Source: Eledone cirrhosa
Lineage: Eukaryota
Length of the DNA stretch: 64,000 nucleotides
Direction of reading: 5' to 3'
NCBI GenBank assembly: GCA_964016885.1
Contig: OZ024764.1
Location: forward strand, 1,054,001-1,118,000
The notes under the pieces are model-generated. The model searched no databases, was not told the origin of the DNA, and worked only from the letters and a program-made list of their open reading frames with translations. Both the position numbers and the translations under genes were made by a program. Positions 61,401-64,000 of the stretch are shown in pieces (the first letter of the stretch is position 1; the number at the start of each line of letters is the position of its first letter).

Positions 61401-62736
61401 CCTACATGACCACTTTACAGTGTGAACTGGGTGTTGTTTGTTGTGACACCTACATGACCACTTTACAGTGTGGACTGGGTGTTGTTTGTTGTGACACCTA
61501 CATGACCACTTTACAGTGTGGACTGGGTGCTATTTGTTGTGACACCTACATGACCACTTTACAGTGTGGACTGGGTGCTATTTGTTGTGACAGCTACATG
61601 ACCACTTTACAGTGTGGACTGGGTACTTTTTGTTGTGACACCTACATGACCACTTTACAGTGTGGACTGGGTACTTTTTGTTGTGACACCTACATGACCA
61701 CTTTACAGTGTGAACTGGGTGTTGTTTGTTGTGGCACCTACATGACCACTTTACAGTGTGAACTGGGTGTTGTTTGTTGTGACACCTACATGACCACTTT
61801 ACAGTGTGGACTGGGTGTTGTTTGTTGTGACACCTACATGACCACTTTACAGTGTGAACTGGGTGTTGTTTGTTGTGACACCTACATGACCACTTTACAG
61901 TGTGGAGTGGGTACTTTTTGTTGTGACACCTACATGACTACTTTACAGTGTGGACTGGGTACTTTTTGTTGTGACACCTACATGACCACTTTACAGTGTG
62001 GACTGGGTACTTTTTGTTGTGACACCTACATGACCACTTTACAGTGTGGACTGGGTACTTTTTGTTGTGACACCTACATGACCACTTTACAGTGTGGACT
62101 GGGTACTTTTTGTTGTGACACCTACATGACCACTTTACAGTGTGGACTGGGTACTTTTTGTTGTGACTCCTACATGACCACTTTACAGTGTGGACTGGGT
62201 GCTTTTGGTTGGGACACCTACATGACCACTTTACAGTGTGGACTGGGTGTTGTTTGTTGTGACACCTACATGACCACTTTACAGTGTGGACTGGGTGTTG
62301 TTTGTTGTGACACCTACATGACCACTTTACAGTGTGGACTGGGTGCTATTTGTTGTGACACCTACATGACCACTTTACAGTGTGGACTGGGTGTTGTTTG
62401 TTGTGACACCTACATGACCACTTTACAGTGTGGACTGGGTGCTATTTGTTGTGACACCTACATGACCACTTTACAGTGTGGACTGGGTACTTTTTGTTGT
62501 GACACCTACATGACCACTTTACAGTGTGGACTGGGTGTTGTTTGTTGTGACACCTACATGACCACTTTACAGTGTGGACTGCAGACTTCATTAGGGGAGG
62601 TGTATGGGATTGGGGAGGTAGGTGTAGGGACGGAGTGTTAGGATATGGGTGGGGGTCAGTGTCAGGGAGGTGAGTGGAAGGGTGATGGAGGCGAAAGGTG
62701 GGTCTTCTGTATCACTGCATAACGCCAAAGATCTCA
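58427..62736 (-). mobile_element. RTE-type 3' element (ORF end, 3' UTR, (GAT)n tail) carrying an internal 48-bp array
   Basis: (CAT)n-CGTTTAACCTCCATTTTCCACGCTAGCATGGG at the left. TTTCTACAGCTGGATGCTCTTCCTAGCGCCAACC leads into the array. The minus strand reads DLWRYAVIQKT at the right. Confidence 0.7.
58655..62580 (+). repeat. Minisatellite B': 48-bp array, about 82 units
   Basis: Unit TGTTGTGACACCTACATGACCACTTTACAGTGTGGACTGGGTACTTTT, the same consensus as the array at 25018-26753. Confidence 0.97.
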
Positions 62737-62744
62737 CATCATCA

Positions 62745-64000
62745 TTCCATGTCTAACACACGTGGGCATGCCTACAAAGTCAGAAAACAGCACAGCTCCC
62801 ATGACTTTCGGAAACATCTTTTCATGCTCAGAGTTGCTGAAGCATGGAACAAACTACCTGCATCAGTTGTTAGCTGTCGAGACACTGCATCCTTTAAAAC
62901 CTCCATGGAACAAACTCCCTGCATCAGTTGTTAGCTGTCGAGACACTGCATCCTTTAAACCCTCCATGGAACAAACTACCTGCATCAGTTGTTAGCTGTC
63001 GAGACACTGCATCCTTTAAAACCTCCAGGGAACAAACTACCTGCATCAGTTGTTAGCTGTCGAGACACTGCATCCTTTAAAACCTCCATGGAACAAACTA
63101 GCTGCATTAGTTGTTAGCTGTCAAGACACTGCATCCTTTAAAACCTCCATGGAACAAACTACCTGCATCAGTTGTTAGCTGTCGAGACACTGCATCCTTT
63201 AAAACCTCCATGGAACAAACTCCCTGCATCAGTTGTTAGCTGTCGAGACACTGCATCCTTTAAACCCTCCATGGAACAAACTGCCTGCATCAGTTGTTAG
63301 CTGTCGAGACACTGCATCCTTTAAAACCTCCATGGAACAAACTACCTGCATCAGTTGTTAGTTGTCGAGACACTGCATCCTTTAAAACCTCCATGGAACA
63401 AACTACCTGCATCAGTTGTTAGCTGTCGAGACACTGCATCCTTTAAAACATCCATGGAACAAACTACCTGCATCAGTTGTTAGCTGTCGAGACACTGCAT
63501 CCTTTAAAACCTCCATGGAACAAACTCCCTGCATCAGTTGTTAGCTGTCGAGACACTGCATCCTTTAAACCCTCCATGGAACAAACTGCCTGCATCAGTT
63601 GTTAGCTGTCGAGACACTGCATCCTTTAAAACCTCCATGGAACAAACTACCTGCATCAGTTGTTAGCTGTCGAGACACTGCATCCTTTAAAACATCCATG
63701 GAACAAACTACCTGCATCAGTTGTTAGCTGTCGAGACACTGCATCCTTTAAAACCTCCATGGAACAAACTACCTGCATCAGTTGTTAGCTGTCGAGACAC
63801 TGCATCCTTTAAAACCTCCATGGAACAAACTCGCTCTATCAGTTGTTAGCTGTTGAGACACTGCATCCTTTAAAACCTCCATGGAACAAACTACCTGCAT
63901 TAGTTGTTAGCTGTCAAGACACTGCATCCTTTAAAACCTCCATGGAACAAACTCCCTGCATCAGTTGTTAGCTATCAAGACACTGCATACTTTAAGGCCT
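62745..64000 (+). repeat. CR1 ORF2 C-terminal fragment running into 61-bp minisatellite C' (about 19 units from about 62843, open-ended)
   Basis: NTRGHAYKVRKQHSSHDFRKHLFMLRVAEAWNKLPASVVSCRDTASFK is the CR1 TRGH..RV...WN.LP..VV...FK terminus. Its last 61 bp are tandemly repeated. Confidence 0.93.

Noticed and set aside
58594-62641. Cys-rich CCDTYMTTLQCGLGTF repeat proteins (also 24957-26771 on the minus strand)
   Set aside because: A 48-bp unit stays in frame by arithmetic. 46-bp units break the frame, and the unit derives from a TE UTR.
25018-64000. Single large inverted segmental duplication
   Set aside because: Array order and unique flanks do not mirror each other.

Overview
Eukaryotic, repeat-saturated window with no host gene I can support. 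The SINE, RTE and MITE sequences look cephalopod (Octopus-like), but that is recall-based and unverified. Most of the window is minisatellite from three families (47-49 bp, 61 bp, 72 bp), and each family traces to a short segment of a transposable element that is still visible at the array edges: an RTE-type 3' UTR, the end of a CR1 ORF2, and a TTAA/CCC..GGG piggyBac-like MITE. The centrepiece is a 21-kb composite at 37063-58065. MITE termini enclose a 72-bp array that is interrupted by three near-identical full-length Tx1/L1-type LINEs, all at the same nucleotide of the unit and in the same orientation. Each has an intact ORF2 (APE-RT-Zn finger), no poly(A) tail and an apparent 7-bp target deletion. 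Also present: four tRNA-derived SINEs, RTE and CR1 fragments, two Penelope-type hammerhead ribozyme motifs and a TGT..ACA MITE. The giant ORFs in the track are satellite artefacts.
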